Source: Takakia lepidozioides (lineage: Eukaryota; Plantae; Bryophyta). From it: a stretch of 64,000 nucleotides of DNA. Positions 37,571 through 49,324 of this stretch are shown one piece after another (the stretch's first letter is position 1; each line of letters begins with the position of its first letter). The position numbers were made by a program, and so were the translations under genes. Location: positions 70,928,001-70,992,000 of the forward strand of contig CM060732.1 of NCBI GenBank assembly GCA_030704615.1, in the 5' to 3' direction. Under the pieces are notes generated by a model that was not told the origin of the DNA, ran no database searches, and was given only the letters and a program-made list of their open reading frames with translations.

Positions 37571-38342
37571 TTAAGTAGGGACTAAATCGTATCATCTCAT
37601 CGTAGCCGTCAATCAGCCATCAAGATCGGCCGTCCAATTGGAAAAAAACGCTGAAAGAAAAAAACCGCGGTCACGGGCTTTACGCAGTGGGAGTCCCCAC
37701 CCCTCGGGTATACCTTGGTATTCGGGTCGTACGCCCTAGGGCTACGAACCCTCACACCGTGGAACACCCTCGTGGCGGGGACTCCCCCTATACGTACAAT
37801 TAGTTGGTTGAGTCCGTCTAAGTATACTATTGCGTGCACAAAAGGTAGAAACTTCGATAAAAACTCTCTCATCTTTCTCGTCAATTGCCAGCATTTCCAG
37901 TATTGTCCCTTGTTCCACCACGTTTCATAACCCTATACTTCAAACTGAGATTCCTCAAACAAGAAATGGAAGGAAAGGGAGGGACTTGGGGCGCATATTA
38001 GAACTTAAGATTGAGTGATTTGGGGAGAGACCAAGTTTTTGGAAAGTTATGTCACCTTTGGATACAAAGGGAAAAAAAAAAAAAAGAAAGATACAAAGAC
38101 AAGAAAATGGGTAAGTAATTCTGTTGCTTTCCATCCAACGTCCGAGATCCTCAAACCATGTCCTAAACCTCTTGGGATGTGGATGAAAGCCACCTCCCAC
38201 AATTGTGTGTGGGAATTCTGGGCTCGTGTGGGGAGTGATTTCTTGGAGTAGAATCGGGGGTGCTGTAGGTAGGCTTCGGAGATTAGCAGAGATTTTTGGT
38301 AAGAGAATTGTGAGGGTGTGGGCTCCTTAGTAGGAAATCGGG

Positions 38343-41300
38343 ATGAGCAACGTCGGAGAGACAGGTAACACCCGTCCCTTTGCGACGGCGGATCTTGGGG
38401 CGACTCTCCCACCAGGCTCTGGAGGTAAATATATCGCCTTTACCGTTCTGTTATTGCAGCTGTTTCATTATGTTTCGTGTGCGTCGTTTTCTTTCTGTCT
38501 TGGTTCCATGTTTATTTGGGAGGGGAAGGAGGACGAGTCTCTGAAACAATCGCCCTAAGACCTTTGCAATATGTGCGTTGCTCCTAGTGACAACACAGAT
38601 TGTGTTATTATTGGTACGTTCGTATAAGTAGTGGTAGGCTGTACAAGAGCTCAGCAATCAAAGGTACCAAAGTCTTTTTCATTTCGTTATACCTGATTTT
38701 GTTGTTGTAATATTCCATAAATCTCCACATAGATCCAATGGGAAAATTTAGGTCCCAATAAAACCCTTTTTATCGCACTACAGAGCATGCACGGAGGAAG
38801 GTTTGTTGTGGTAAGTATGTGCCCTTGTTCTCGTCTTTCTCTATGGTTGGAAAGTCCAGGGATTGCTGCTCTTGGAGGCTGCCAATCTTGGCAAGAGGAA
38901 TTAGGCAATAAAAAAATAGCTTCATACTTTCTTCTCCCTTCTCGAAGTATATAGCTGGACAGTCGAGAATCAAAGGTCTCCCCTTATCACACAAGACCTT
39001 ATGTACTTAGACAGCTCGAAGGCTAATCTCGTGTTGTTCTGCCTTCCTGAGCTATAGCAGACTCAATTTGTAGCCGAGAAGTAGGGCTTTTCACAGTCCA
39101 AAAGTGCCTTATGGTGGTTGACAGGCATGGTCCAAACTAGTGAATTTGGAAAGGATAGTGAGGACACAGGCACTAGTCTAAACTCTCCCAGCACATCATC
39201 AGCCTGCCTGTCTTTCTGGGGAAAAGGGTCAGTGAATGTAATGCTCAAGCAACAATATATAACTAGTGATCATATTGGTATATTGTGGTCAAGCCTTTTC
39301 TCCAAATCCCTTTTTCTGATCTGTTTCCAATGATCAGGAACAAACATACCATGAACTATGTAGTAATAACTAGATTTGAGAGTTTGCAATGACTAGACTG
39401 ACACAGGAATGGGGAAATGGAAATGAAGCGGAAGCTGTTCTTACTTGAGTATGCGGCGTATTTGTGCAGTGCTCAGTGTAGAAGATCATGCTGGTTTGGT
39501 CACTGTCCTCAAGGTGGTTCCCTTCTTGTCAGTCTCTTTGGCTGATGTTTTTAGGTTATGACTTGTATCTCTCATGTTTTTAATCTCGTACCTTTGACTA
39601 TTATGTGTTGTATTGTGAAATAATTTTTTGTGATCATTGCAGGATAAGTTACAGGTCCTTGCTGGACAGACATCTGAGTACATTGCGTCACTTCCAAAGA
39701 AAGTGAGGCGACGAGTGATTGTTCTTCAAGAACTCCAGGTGTGCAGCACCTCCTAAAGAAAGACTCTCCTTAACACAATGTCAATTCTTAAAGTGATCTG
39801 CAGGCATCAATGTTTCAACTAGAAATTCTAACTTTGAACATAAAGTTCAAGTCAGTGGCTCACGTTCAATTACAGTATCCAGGTATTTTGTAGATTACTG
39901 CCAAGAATGTAACTAAACTACTGGAAGGTCTATTTTTTTATGACTTCATGTATTGCGATGCCATCCCTTTTGTGAACTTTGTTGCTTTGTATAGTAGCTG
40001 ACCATCATGAAAGTATTGAAACTAACCTAATATTGGAAGACCTTCGCTTAGCATAGTCAGCAGAAGGGGGTTAGCAAGGCGTTGGCTTATCAAAACTGAT
40101 ATTGATTCTCATGGTGCTTACAGAGTGAACATGACATTATTGAGGCAAAGTTTAAGGAGGAGAGAGCAGCTCTAGAAGCCAAGTATCTGAAGCTGTATGA
40201 ACCCCACTACACAAAGGTATGAGCATAGGTTTGGCTGGTGGATACATGGCTTAAATAGACTGTCTACGCCTGTGAATGAACTAGATAAGGAGGTCTCATT
40301 ACTTCGTGGTTATGTGATTACTGCCTGGAGCCATATCGCGACACATACAAGACACACTTACTAGGTATGGGGACAATGGTTCTCTCTAGAATCGTAATTT
40401 CCATCGTCTCAGCCTGGTCTCCTTAAACCTCACAGTGATGATATCTGGATAGCCAGGTACTCTCCCTTGGGTTCTCATCTATGAAGTTTCACAGGGCTAT
40501 GGCAAACAGTCTTATGAGTACATCTCATCTATGATGTTCACTTTTTCAAAGGTTCTTAAACTAGTGTGACACAACATCCTGCTGTGAAAATGTTCTGATC
40601 TTGCAGTGGTTTCCTTGAGAGCTTACGAAAGAATCCTTATCTATTTTACTGTTGCCCTCAGCCTCAACTAGTTTGAGGTAAAAGTTGAGATATATTACAC
40701 CTTCTAGTCATGTTTAGCCCTACGTTACAATAGATCAGGTTCTGACTCTTGACTATTTCTCTTTTCATGGGCTTCAGAGGGCAGAGATTGTGAATGGGGT
40801 TGTGGAAGTTGAGCCCACCAAGGAGGAAGCCCCTGAAACAGAAGAGGAGTCTAATGCTGAAGAAGGTAACTCACAACCAGTTTGGTTTGTTAAGGTGCAT
40901 TTGTTAGAAGCTGTTTTTGGATGTTCGTTTCTAGGTTCAGGACTATGTATGTATTTCATACAGCTCAGTGCAAAGTATTCATGATTTTTGCTGATGAGGT
41001 TCTATGGTTAAACGTTCATTGCAAATGTTAGTTGACAATCTCTGTGCTCAGAATATTTGCTGTGACTGCATATTACTATCTTGGGGTCACTGCTCCTTGT
41101 ACTCGCCCTTTGTATTGAGGTAGATGTTTCAGCTTGCATGATTCTTTTTGTCACGATTTGCATGGTGGCTTATGTTTCACTGGTACATGTGTCACAGAGA
41201 AGGGGGTTCCAGAGTTCTGGCTCACATCCATGAAGACAAATGAGATATTGGGCATGCAGGTAAGCTTGTAAGGTGGACAATGACTGTTACAGAAAGTGAG

Positions 41301-44300
41301 TGGTGGTGGATGAAACAAGTCTTCTGTTCATGATTTTTCAGTCATGTCTGTGGATCGCATTGGGAGAAGACAAAAATTCTGTTCCTCAACTTGTGTTCCA
41401 CAGGATCTCGTGTTGCTCTATGATAAACTTATGTACCTAGAAAGTCCTAGCACAAACATTCTACTAGTGGCAGGAGCCTTCTTACCAGCCAACAGTTTGT
41501 GTAATGCTGACTAACACTTGTTTCATTTAGCCGTTTCTCGTTCTTTTTGCACTTGTGAGCCACACATTCATGATCTTCTTCCACCCAAACTAAATGTTAC
41601 TTTACTGAGCTCAGAATCTACTTGCCATATTCCTGGTGCAACTAGTCATGTGGCTCATTGGTGCTGAGGGTTCAATGTGGTAATGCTACATCTGACATGC
41701 ACTTGCAGATCACAGAGCGTGATGAAGGTGCTTTGAAATTTTTGGAGGATATTAAGTGGAGCAATTTGGCAGATAATAAGGGCTTTAAGCTTGACTTCTA
41801 CTTTGACAGCAACCCTTACTTCAAGAACACTCTGGTATGTCTTCCAGCCTCTCGCCTTAAAGTCAGGTATATTTGACTTGCTTTAATCCCATGTATTCAG
41901 ATAACATTGTAGTCCCCTTTCCTGTCTTTTTCTAAAGTCATACAGTTGGAGATATGGCTTCTGCAATCAGTACTGGAAATTCTAGCTACATGGGCCTTTA
42001 CAATTTCTTTTTATGGCAGGAGAATTTACTTATAAAGCTTACAAAATTTTAACTGCATGTCAATTCAGTTATTGTGTGTGCACTGCATCTTGCCACGTTT
42101 CTCCCACATGCTTCACCCCTCAAACTGATTTGCAGTTGGCCATATTCACCAATCTTGTTGTGGTCTACTTCTTTAATCAACTTGGTGTGCAGCTCAAAGA
42201 ACTCTAAAAACTGTGTAGAGGTTTGGCTAAGAGCTTGGGGTTCCTGGCAGTTGAGTAAGACTTACCACATGATTGACGATGATGAGCCTATTTTGGAGCG
42301 CGCTGTCGGGTAGGTTTTCTCCGTTGGCAGCTGGCTACAAGGTTAAGCGACTTTGTAGGATAACTCGCTTGAATGCCTGTCCTATTTGTCTCTTTCGCTC
42401 ATGTCCTAGTTCTTTGTAGTGTGACGTCAATCACAACTGAAAGTATATCTTAGGGAGCAGACTGCGGTTGGGAATCTGGAGGTTCCTCATCTCAATGTCA
42501 TAGGCAAGTCTCTCCTTTGAGAACTGCGGTGATGTAATCCACTGGAGCACATGTTCCAGCCAGCCTAACGTTGACATTGTTTATATGTGGCATCCACTTA
42601 ATGGATTAGAAGAAACTGTATTGAGTGCAAGACTCAATTTTCTGTTATGAATCACTGACATTAGTCAGGTTGAGAATCAAAACTGTCACTGCCAGTCTTT
42701 GGTGTACTTCATGGATGTACTAGAAACAACATGTAACTATATCCAATTCTGCCATGTACTCAGTGGTGGACTGTTGTTTACCCGGTGCTTGTGTAGGACG
42801 GAGATTGAGTGGAACATGGGAAAGAACATGACACAGAAGGTGTTAAAAAAGAAGCCCAAGAAAGGAGCCAAGAATGCAAAACCTGTGACAAAGACAGAAC
42901 AATGTGACAGTTTCTTCAACTTTTTTAACCCCCCTCAAGTACCTGACAATGATGATATGGACCAGGATACGGTATTGTCAACTATTCCCAGTTCTGGAGT
43001 CTGGCATTGTAATTTCACCTTCGAGTGTGGTGGTATAGTCTGTTTCTTTGTGCCCTAGACTATGTGCAGAATCATTTATTCAACTGTTTTCAACCAGCTC
43101 CTTAATTCTATTTGTTCACTTCAAATTGGTTAATACTGAGGAAGCATGTATCATACGGCTCTAGGCAGATCCGTTGTCACAGCTGGTCACAGCAGCATTG
43201 TCACACTTTACTAAGTGGTCTCAAGGTTAGCACTTACATACAAGCTAGCTTCAGACCGCTGTAGATTCTACAGTGTATAGAAAATAATGTAGGCATCTTC
43301 ACTACGTGTAGGTTGGTCTGCCTAAGGCTTTCGTGGCAATGCAGGCTGAGCAGCTACAAGATCTGATGGAGCAAGACTACGATATTGGGTGTGTAATCTC
43401 TCTGTCCCCTTCCATCTGTTGTAGCTTGGGATTGACTTTTATTAGTCCTCAGTGGTTGCAGGAATGGATTTGAACAAATGTTATTAGTATATGCACTTGG
43501 AGTGTTGATAGTGCCATCTTGTATTTTACAAAGAAAATTGGACCTTGGAAGATAGCAAGCCGACAAGATAGATTGAAGCTCTATGTTTGAGCAAGACTAG
43601 GAATGATTTTGATATCCAGTGGTGAGAATCTTTCTGATCTCAAGATGCATTTGATCCATTTTGAGCTTCTCCTCACTGTGCAGGTCAACAATAAGGGACA
43701 AGATCATCCCGCATGCAGTGTCATGGTTCACAGGCGAAGCCCTACAAGGAGAAGAATTTGAGGATGAGGATGAGGAAGGTGATGGTGATGGTGATGGTGA
43801 CGATGAGGATGAAGACGAGGATGATGAGGAGGAAGATGAGGAGGAAGAAGATGACGATGAGGAGCAAGTTCGCGGTCGAAAGGTCTCATCTAATTTCCCG
43901 TCTCTCTCTACTCTAAACCCGCTTGTAGAATATTGCCAGAAGTGCCTTACTTCTGTCTTCTTTTCTTTTTTCATATTTGTTCTTGTGTGCTTCTCTGAAA
44001 CATTGGTGGGACAGGGCACAGGTACTATGGGCCATGGCTCCCTAGCTGGTCTAGTATCTGGACATGCAAAACAATTTTTTTCACAGTATCGCATCAAGAG
44101 GGATTTCCTGGGATTTGGTTGTGTGGTCTTCAGTTGGGACAACTATTCAGCAGATTCTCACAACTGACTGGGCACGCTGCTTATTACTGAGTGGATGTGC
44201 TATTGCCCATTTGCATATCTGATGCATGTTTGATCCACAGCTGTTCTATGGCCAAGGGTTGGCTGGATAGTTGCAAAAAAACTCTCTTTTAAGTTGCAGC

Positions 44301-44729
44301 ACTGCTGACATGCCCTCTTGTTTTGATTTGATGCAGCGCAGGAGCTCTCCGATAAAGGTGATAGTACTATCTTACATTGAGGCTTCATCTCTTTGCCCCC
44401 ACAGTTTTGCTGTTATGAACTGATAGCTCTTATGCTTGCATAACACATTAACCTACCTTACTTGAATTCAAATGAACTGGAGTCTCTTGGTTAAGTCAGT
44501 AGGACTGTACATGCCATGTTACCGAAACCAACACAGGATTCGTGCTTTTTACAGTCATTCATAGCAATTCGTCATACATCAATCACAAATTGAGGATGAT
44601 TCGAGAGTTCAGTAACACACATAGGCTCTGCATTTCGGTCTGATTATTTTGCAGGCTGTACCTGAGAAGACTGCTTCTGGGAGGCAGCAGCAAGCTGGGG
44701 AACAGCCTCCTGAGTGCAAGCAGCAATAA
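38343..44729 (+). CDS. NAP1: Nucleosome assembly protein 1 (NAP1), 12 coding exons
   Basis: Exons (approximate): 38343-38424, 39470-39513, 39643-39738, 40124-40216, 40778-40865, 41198-41259 (KGVPEFWL), 41709-41834 ([18 protein letters not shown]), 42251-42309, 42797-42971 (TEIEW..DSFFNFF), 43344-43388, 43684-43881 ([17 protein letters not shown] + acidic tail), 44655-44729 ending PPECKQQ*, the CaaX farnesylation motif of plant NAP1. Confidence 0.97.
40488..40521 (+). mobile_element. ~35 bp LINE 3' tail in a NAP1 intron
   Basis: CACAGGGCTATGGCAAACAGTCTTATGAGTACA between direct repeats TCTCATCTATGA(A/T)GTT. Confidence 0.75.
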
Positions 44730-45266
44730 AGTGATATTGAGCTGGAGACTTCAAATCATTCTGTGAGGTCAGCCCAGCACAGGAAGTGCCGGATTGGGCA
44801 TTTCCAGTTGATTAGTAAATGTAGTGTGCAGTTGTAAAGACTGGAGATCTTCCACCATTTTTCACTGAAAAGGTTACAGAGGCCAGCATACCACAGAGAG
44901 CAAAATGAGGAATCGGGAATCATGAAAGAGGCAGCAATGTGGAAAGGAACTGACAGCAACCATATTGCTATTAGGTTTGGGATGCCCAGTTTTAGAGTCT
45001 CTGTAGATAACAATGGTAAAGGGCACCCAGTATATCAGTTTGTTGTTGCTCATGGAGATTAAGATCTCGTGTATATTCCTGTACAAGGTTTTCAGAGAAT
45101 TATTTGACCCTTTTCCTGACCTGTCAAGGGCTTTTTCCTGAAAGCATTACATTCTCTGTGATACTTTTCCCTGTTTTTAGTACCTCCCCTTCAAGCCAAA
45201 GTGAAGAATGGAATACCTCCACACAGACATTGATAACTTAAAAGTTTGGGCTAGACAAAAGCTCTC

Positions 45267-47222
45267 CTAACTATCTGGCCTTGGCTCTGATTTGTGGAGA
45301 AGCTTGAGGAGGGAGCTTGCTTTGCGCTTGGCACGGGGGGTACCCATGGTTAGTAGTGTGTACAGATAAGGAACAGCTGTGTTGACCTGGAGCAAGTCTT
45401 CCCCATTCCTACACAAAGCCAGTAACAGAGTGATGATGTTTTCCTTTCCCCTGGGTGATGCAGCCCTCAACAGGTTCATGAGGATGGGGATGGCACTTGC
45501 TGCCCTGATGGCCCTAAGGCCCTCAGCAGATCCAGCAACAAGAGCAAGCACTGCCAAAGCATCATCAATGATGCCTGCTTCCTCATCGGTGAGGAGAGCC
45601 ACAAGCAGTGGGATAGCCCCTGCATCCACAATTCTGGCCTTGTTCCCATGATAGACAGCTACATTGAACAAGGCATTAGCTGCATCTTTCTTACCTCTCC
45701 TTGGTGTGCCCTCGCGGAGAAGTGTGACCAAGGCAGGAATTGCGATGCTTCCGATCAAGCTCTTGTACTCATCGACCACTGACAAACTGAAGAGAGTCGC
45801 AGCAGCATTTTCTCTAGCCTCCCCGCTGCTGCCGCTTCTCAAAACCTCAAGAATGGGGTCCAGAGCCCCAGCAGCTACAATCAAAGACTTGTTATTGTCA
45901 TAGATGGATAAATTCAGAAGAGCAGTCACTGCATTCTCTTGAGTTTTGGAATCACAAGAAGAAAGAAGGGAGACGAGAAACGGAATGGCTCCAGCCTCTG
46001 CAATGCACCTGCGATTTTCCATGCCACACTTAGCAAGTAACCTCAACTCACAGGCAACCTGCTTCTTCACCTCAGGATTTTCAGTATTAGCAACCTTCCT
46101 TAGAAGAAACGAAGCTGTCATCTTGGTCGCCTCCAGAGCTGCACGGGTTGTGGCCATATGATCAACCCCACTTCCCTTCTTGCTAACCTTGTCTGGTTTC
46201 TCAAAGGGCATCTCGTTATCTTCGCACCACTGGCTGATGAGGCTCCGAAGGGCATTGTTAGGGATCAAGCTCTTGTGTAGGAGCTTTTGCCCACTCTTCG
46301 GACACGTAGAATGTCCTGCCTCCAGCCATCTTGAAATGGATGCACGGTCGTAGGTTTGCCCACTGGTAACGATCACAGGATCACGTATAAGGTCGAGACT
46401 GATGGGACAGCGGAATTCATCGGGGGGGGTAATGGCCCCTGTGATTTCCCTGCTAGTTTTTGACACCTTCCCTGACATCATCGAATCACGAGATAAGTCC
46501 TCAGAATCTGCCATCTCGCTCACCCCGTAGAGCACGCATTTGCCATAGCGTACAAAGCTAATTAAGCTGGTTATGATCATTCTGTTGCTGCCTGAGTCAT
46601 TGCTCAGCTCATCGTCCAACCTCTCCAGCTCTTTCTGGCAATCCCTGCCACTGAAGAGATGAAGTTGAGCAAATAACCTCTGCAATTGAGCAGAGTCTGG
46701 GGTCTCCTTCCTCTCGACTTCCTTCAGCAGTGTAAGCACCTCTTCACGCAGGTCTAGCTCTACGGGATCCAGAAAACACTTTGCCCTCGTCGCTTGCATT
46801 CTCACTAGCTCCACCTGTTCCCTGACCTCATCTGAAAGCTCCAATAACTCCAACGGAAGGCGGTTTAGTGCTACAGCCATGCTCTGCGTGAGCTGGTGGA
46901 ACTGCTGGGCCACGAACTCACTCTCCATAAGCAGCCAGAAACCACTACCCTCTCTGCAATCATCAAGCAACACCTTTGCTCTATGCATTATTCCATGCAT
47001 CTCCCGAAAGGATAGAACAGCAGATGGTGGCAGAGGAGGGCGTGAGTCTCCAATCTCTTCAAACAAGGAAGAAAGAAGCTTAATCCTGCAAGCAATGCTG
47101 GCCCCATTTCGCTTTTGACACACATCCGTCCTCTGGCATACAGCAACTTGTTGAGACAAGCTAAACAACGCTTTCACCAGGGACAAGACTGAAGGGGTGG
47201 GAGTTGGATCCATTCCCGTCAT
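45267..47222 (-). CDS. Plant U-box E3 ubiquitin ligase, UND-U-box-ARM (PUB16/17-like), single coding exon, 651 aa
   Basis: U-box PPDEFRCPISLDLIRDPVIVTSGQTYDRASISRW..TCPKSGQ..LIPNNALRSLI; ARM repeats (ELRLLAK, QENAVTALLNLS, ARENAAATLFSLS, GKKDAANALFN); ends GTPRAKRKASSLL. Confidence 0.96.
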   Translation of the reverse strand: MTGMDPTPTPSVLSLVKALFSLSQQVAVCQRTDVCQKRNGASIACRIKLLSSLFEEIGDSRPPLPPSAVLSFREMHGIMHRAKVLLDDCREGSGFWLLMESEFVAQQFHQLTQSMAVALNRLPLELLELSDEVREQVELVRMQATRAKCFLDPVELDLREEVLTLLKEVERKETPDSAQLQRLFAQLHLFSGRDCQKELERLDDELSNDSGSNRMIITSLISFVRYGKCVLYGVSEMADSEDLSRDSMMSGKVSKTSREITGAITPPDEFRCPISLDLIRDPVIVTSGQTYDRASISRWLEAGHSTCPKSGQKLLHKSLIPNNALRSLISQWCEDNEMPFEKPDKVSKKGSGVDHMATTRAALEATKMTASFLLRKVANTENPEVKKQVACELRLLAKCGMENRRCIAEAGAIPFLVSLLSSCDSKTQENAVTALLNLSIYDNNKSLIVAAGALDPILEVLRSGSSGEARENAAATLFSLSVVDEYKSLIGSIAIPALVTLLREGTPRRGKKDAANALFNVAVYHGNKARIVDAGAIPLLVALLTDEEAGIIDDALAVLALVAGSAEGLRAIRAASAIPILMNLLRAASPRGKENIITLLLALCRNGEDLLQVNTAVPYLYTLLTMGTPRAKRKASSLLKLLHKSEPRPDS

Positions 47223-47789
47223 CGCCTCCTACTTGTTGTCAATGACATAATCTGCAGAAAGATCAGTATCTCTCTCTCAATTCCCCCTATTTCACGCACC
47301 GCTCAATCTTCATCCCGTCTTCTTCTCCTCCACATTCTCCAACGAGGAAATCTTTCGTCTCAGTGACCCAATGTGTAGAAAAGATGTACCTTTCCCTCAA
47401 TTCCCTCTTCTTGGATGCCGAGCTTCCATCCCGGACCTCAGCATTATAAAGTACCATTTCATTTCATTTCATTCAATCTTCGGAATTCGTCCTTCACAGT
47501 AAATCATCTCCTCCCTAGAGCATCAACGCAATGAAAAACCCAGATTTCAGATTTCGCTGAAAGTGCAGCCTCGCATCGATCTGCGTCATCGCTCCAGCAA
47601 TGCTCGTCTCTACAAACTCGCCATCGCTGCTTCTTCTTCGCCCTCCCTCTTACGTTACTTCATACCAGTATACCTCGACGTATACATTAGGTGGCACCGT
47701 ATAGATATCCGTAATACGGTTCCGGGTTGAGTTGGGAATAAAGCCGCCCTTCAACAGTTACGGGACCACCTAATGTTCGCTTTTCTTTA

Positions 47790-48002
47790 CTTTATATATT
47801 TCCGTGACCAAGTGGGTTTGAGCCCGAAACTAGTGCGATGTGGCCACACCAAGTGATGACGTGTGGATAGTTGACCTCCCTTTAATAGCTTCGGACAAGT
47901 AATCTTATCACACGTGGCGTGGATATTAGACAGTTTTTAAATACTGGCATTCAAGTGGTTGAGGTCAGCGGCTGTGTCGTGCAGTATTATAGCGCCACGT
48001 AT
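47790..48002 (-). promoter_or_regulatory. Putative PUB promoter with an ACGT-core cluster
   Basis: TATA-like TTTATATATT at 47791; TGACGTG ~47857; CACGTGGC 47911 (G-box/ABRE); GCCACGT ~47994. Confidence 0.4.
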
Positions 48003-48333
48003 GGATAAGATGCGGCGCCGAACGGCAATTTATGGTATGTGATATCGTTTTATAAGAGACTCTACCGTGGGTGTGTGTTTATTTAGGGCTCGCGTGGGCG
48101 TACAGAATATGTAGCTCATGTACATATTTATCATCTTTGGATGATGTGGCAAAGTGCCATTGCTTGTGAGGATGAGCGCTAGGTATATCCACCTGCATAG
48201 GGTACGAAATTTGGATGATAATTTGGGAAAACTTGGATGAACATCAAAGCCCGGTTATGTATTCGCCTGCCTCCTACCGACTGGCCGCTCCCGTGATTTT
48301 TCTTTAAAATTTGAAAAATAGCACAAGTGGCTA

Positions 48334-48532
48334 CCTTAGTACCTTGGCGACTTCCACACAAATTTTAATATTTCAAAGATTGTTGAAATTTTTGGAAATT
48401 GATTTTGTGAAATTAAGGAACTTTGTGAATGATAATAAAGCATATTTAGGAATATTCCATATATTGAAATGAAATTCTCAAAATAAAATAAACATTCGAC
48501 ATATGATTGTTGATCTTGCCAAGGTACTACGG
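48334..48532. mobile_element. ~200 bp Tc1/mariner-type MITE
   Basis: TIR CC(G/T)TAGTACCTTGGC / GCCAAGGTACTACGG with TA flanks. Second copy at 61540-61738; an empty-site paralogue of the host repeat lies at 24177-24395. Confidence 0.85.
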
Positions 48533-49324
48533 TATTAAGTTTTACAGGAAATAGCTATATAATCTGTTCATCCATTTGAAAATTTGGATAGAATCATCTT
48601 TTTATGTACGTTGATCCATTTATATAATCCATATTTGGTGAATTCATCCATTATTATTTTTTCCTTGTGGAAGTTTGGCGATTTCATCCATAAAAAAATG
48701 GGGAATTCACGACAGAATATTCCATTTTAATGGTTTGAGGTCGCCATTTGGCGTTTTTTCGCCAAAAAAGAAAAACATTGCCGGTTTGCTAGGCTAGCCA
48801 GGCTCATCTTGGTGGGCCTCTCATTTTAAGATAATAGGGTCTTCAATGGGCATGTGCGATGTGGCCGGTGGGCCCCGCGCACGGACGCTCAGCTCCCCAG
48901 CACCCCGCCCGCCCCGCCCGCCGCTGCGCGCGGTCGCCCAGCCACGGGCGCGGCTGCAGCAACCGCGCCCGCGCCCCCCGTCCACCGCGCGGCCAGTCCC
49001 CCGCCCATGAGTCCGCTGCCCTCCAGTCTGCCAATCCGCTGCTGCCCAGCAGTCTGCCAATCCGCCAGTCCGGTGCTGGCCAGTCCGCTGGCCAATCCCC
49101 TACCATCCAGTCCGCTGACGGCGCAGGATCGCCACCGTCCATTCCCATAACCCATCCGAGCCCTCCATTTTTAGGGCTGCAATTCAAACCTTTATCCCTG
49201 TCACCTGCCACTTGCCAGCAGCCGCGAACGTGCGCACTGTTCTTCTGGCACGTTGTCGATCGTGTCCTGTACTGCGGCGCGTTTCTTGCATGTTCAGAAG
49301 CATGTCATTTGTACTGTATAGGGC

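Noticed and set aside
43597-44142. 181 aa poly-Ser ORF on the minus strand
   Set aside because: Antisense shadow of the NAP1 acidic (GAT/GAG) exon.
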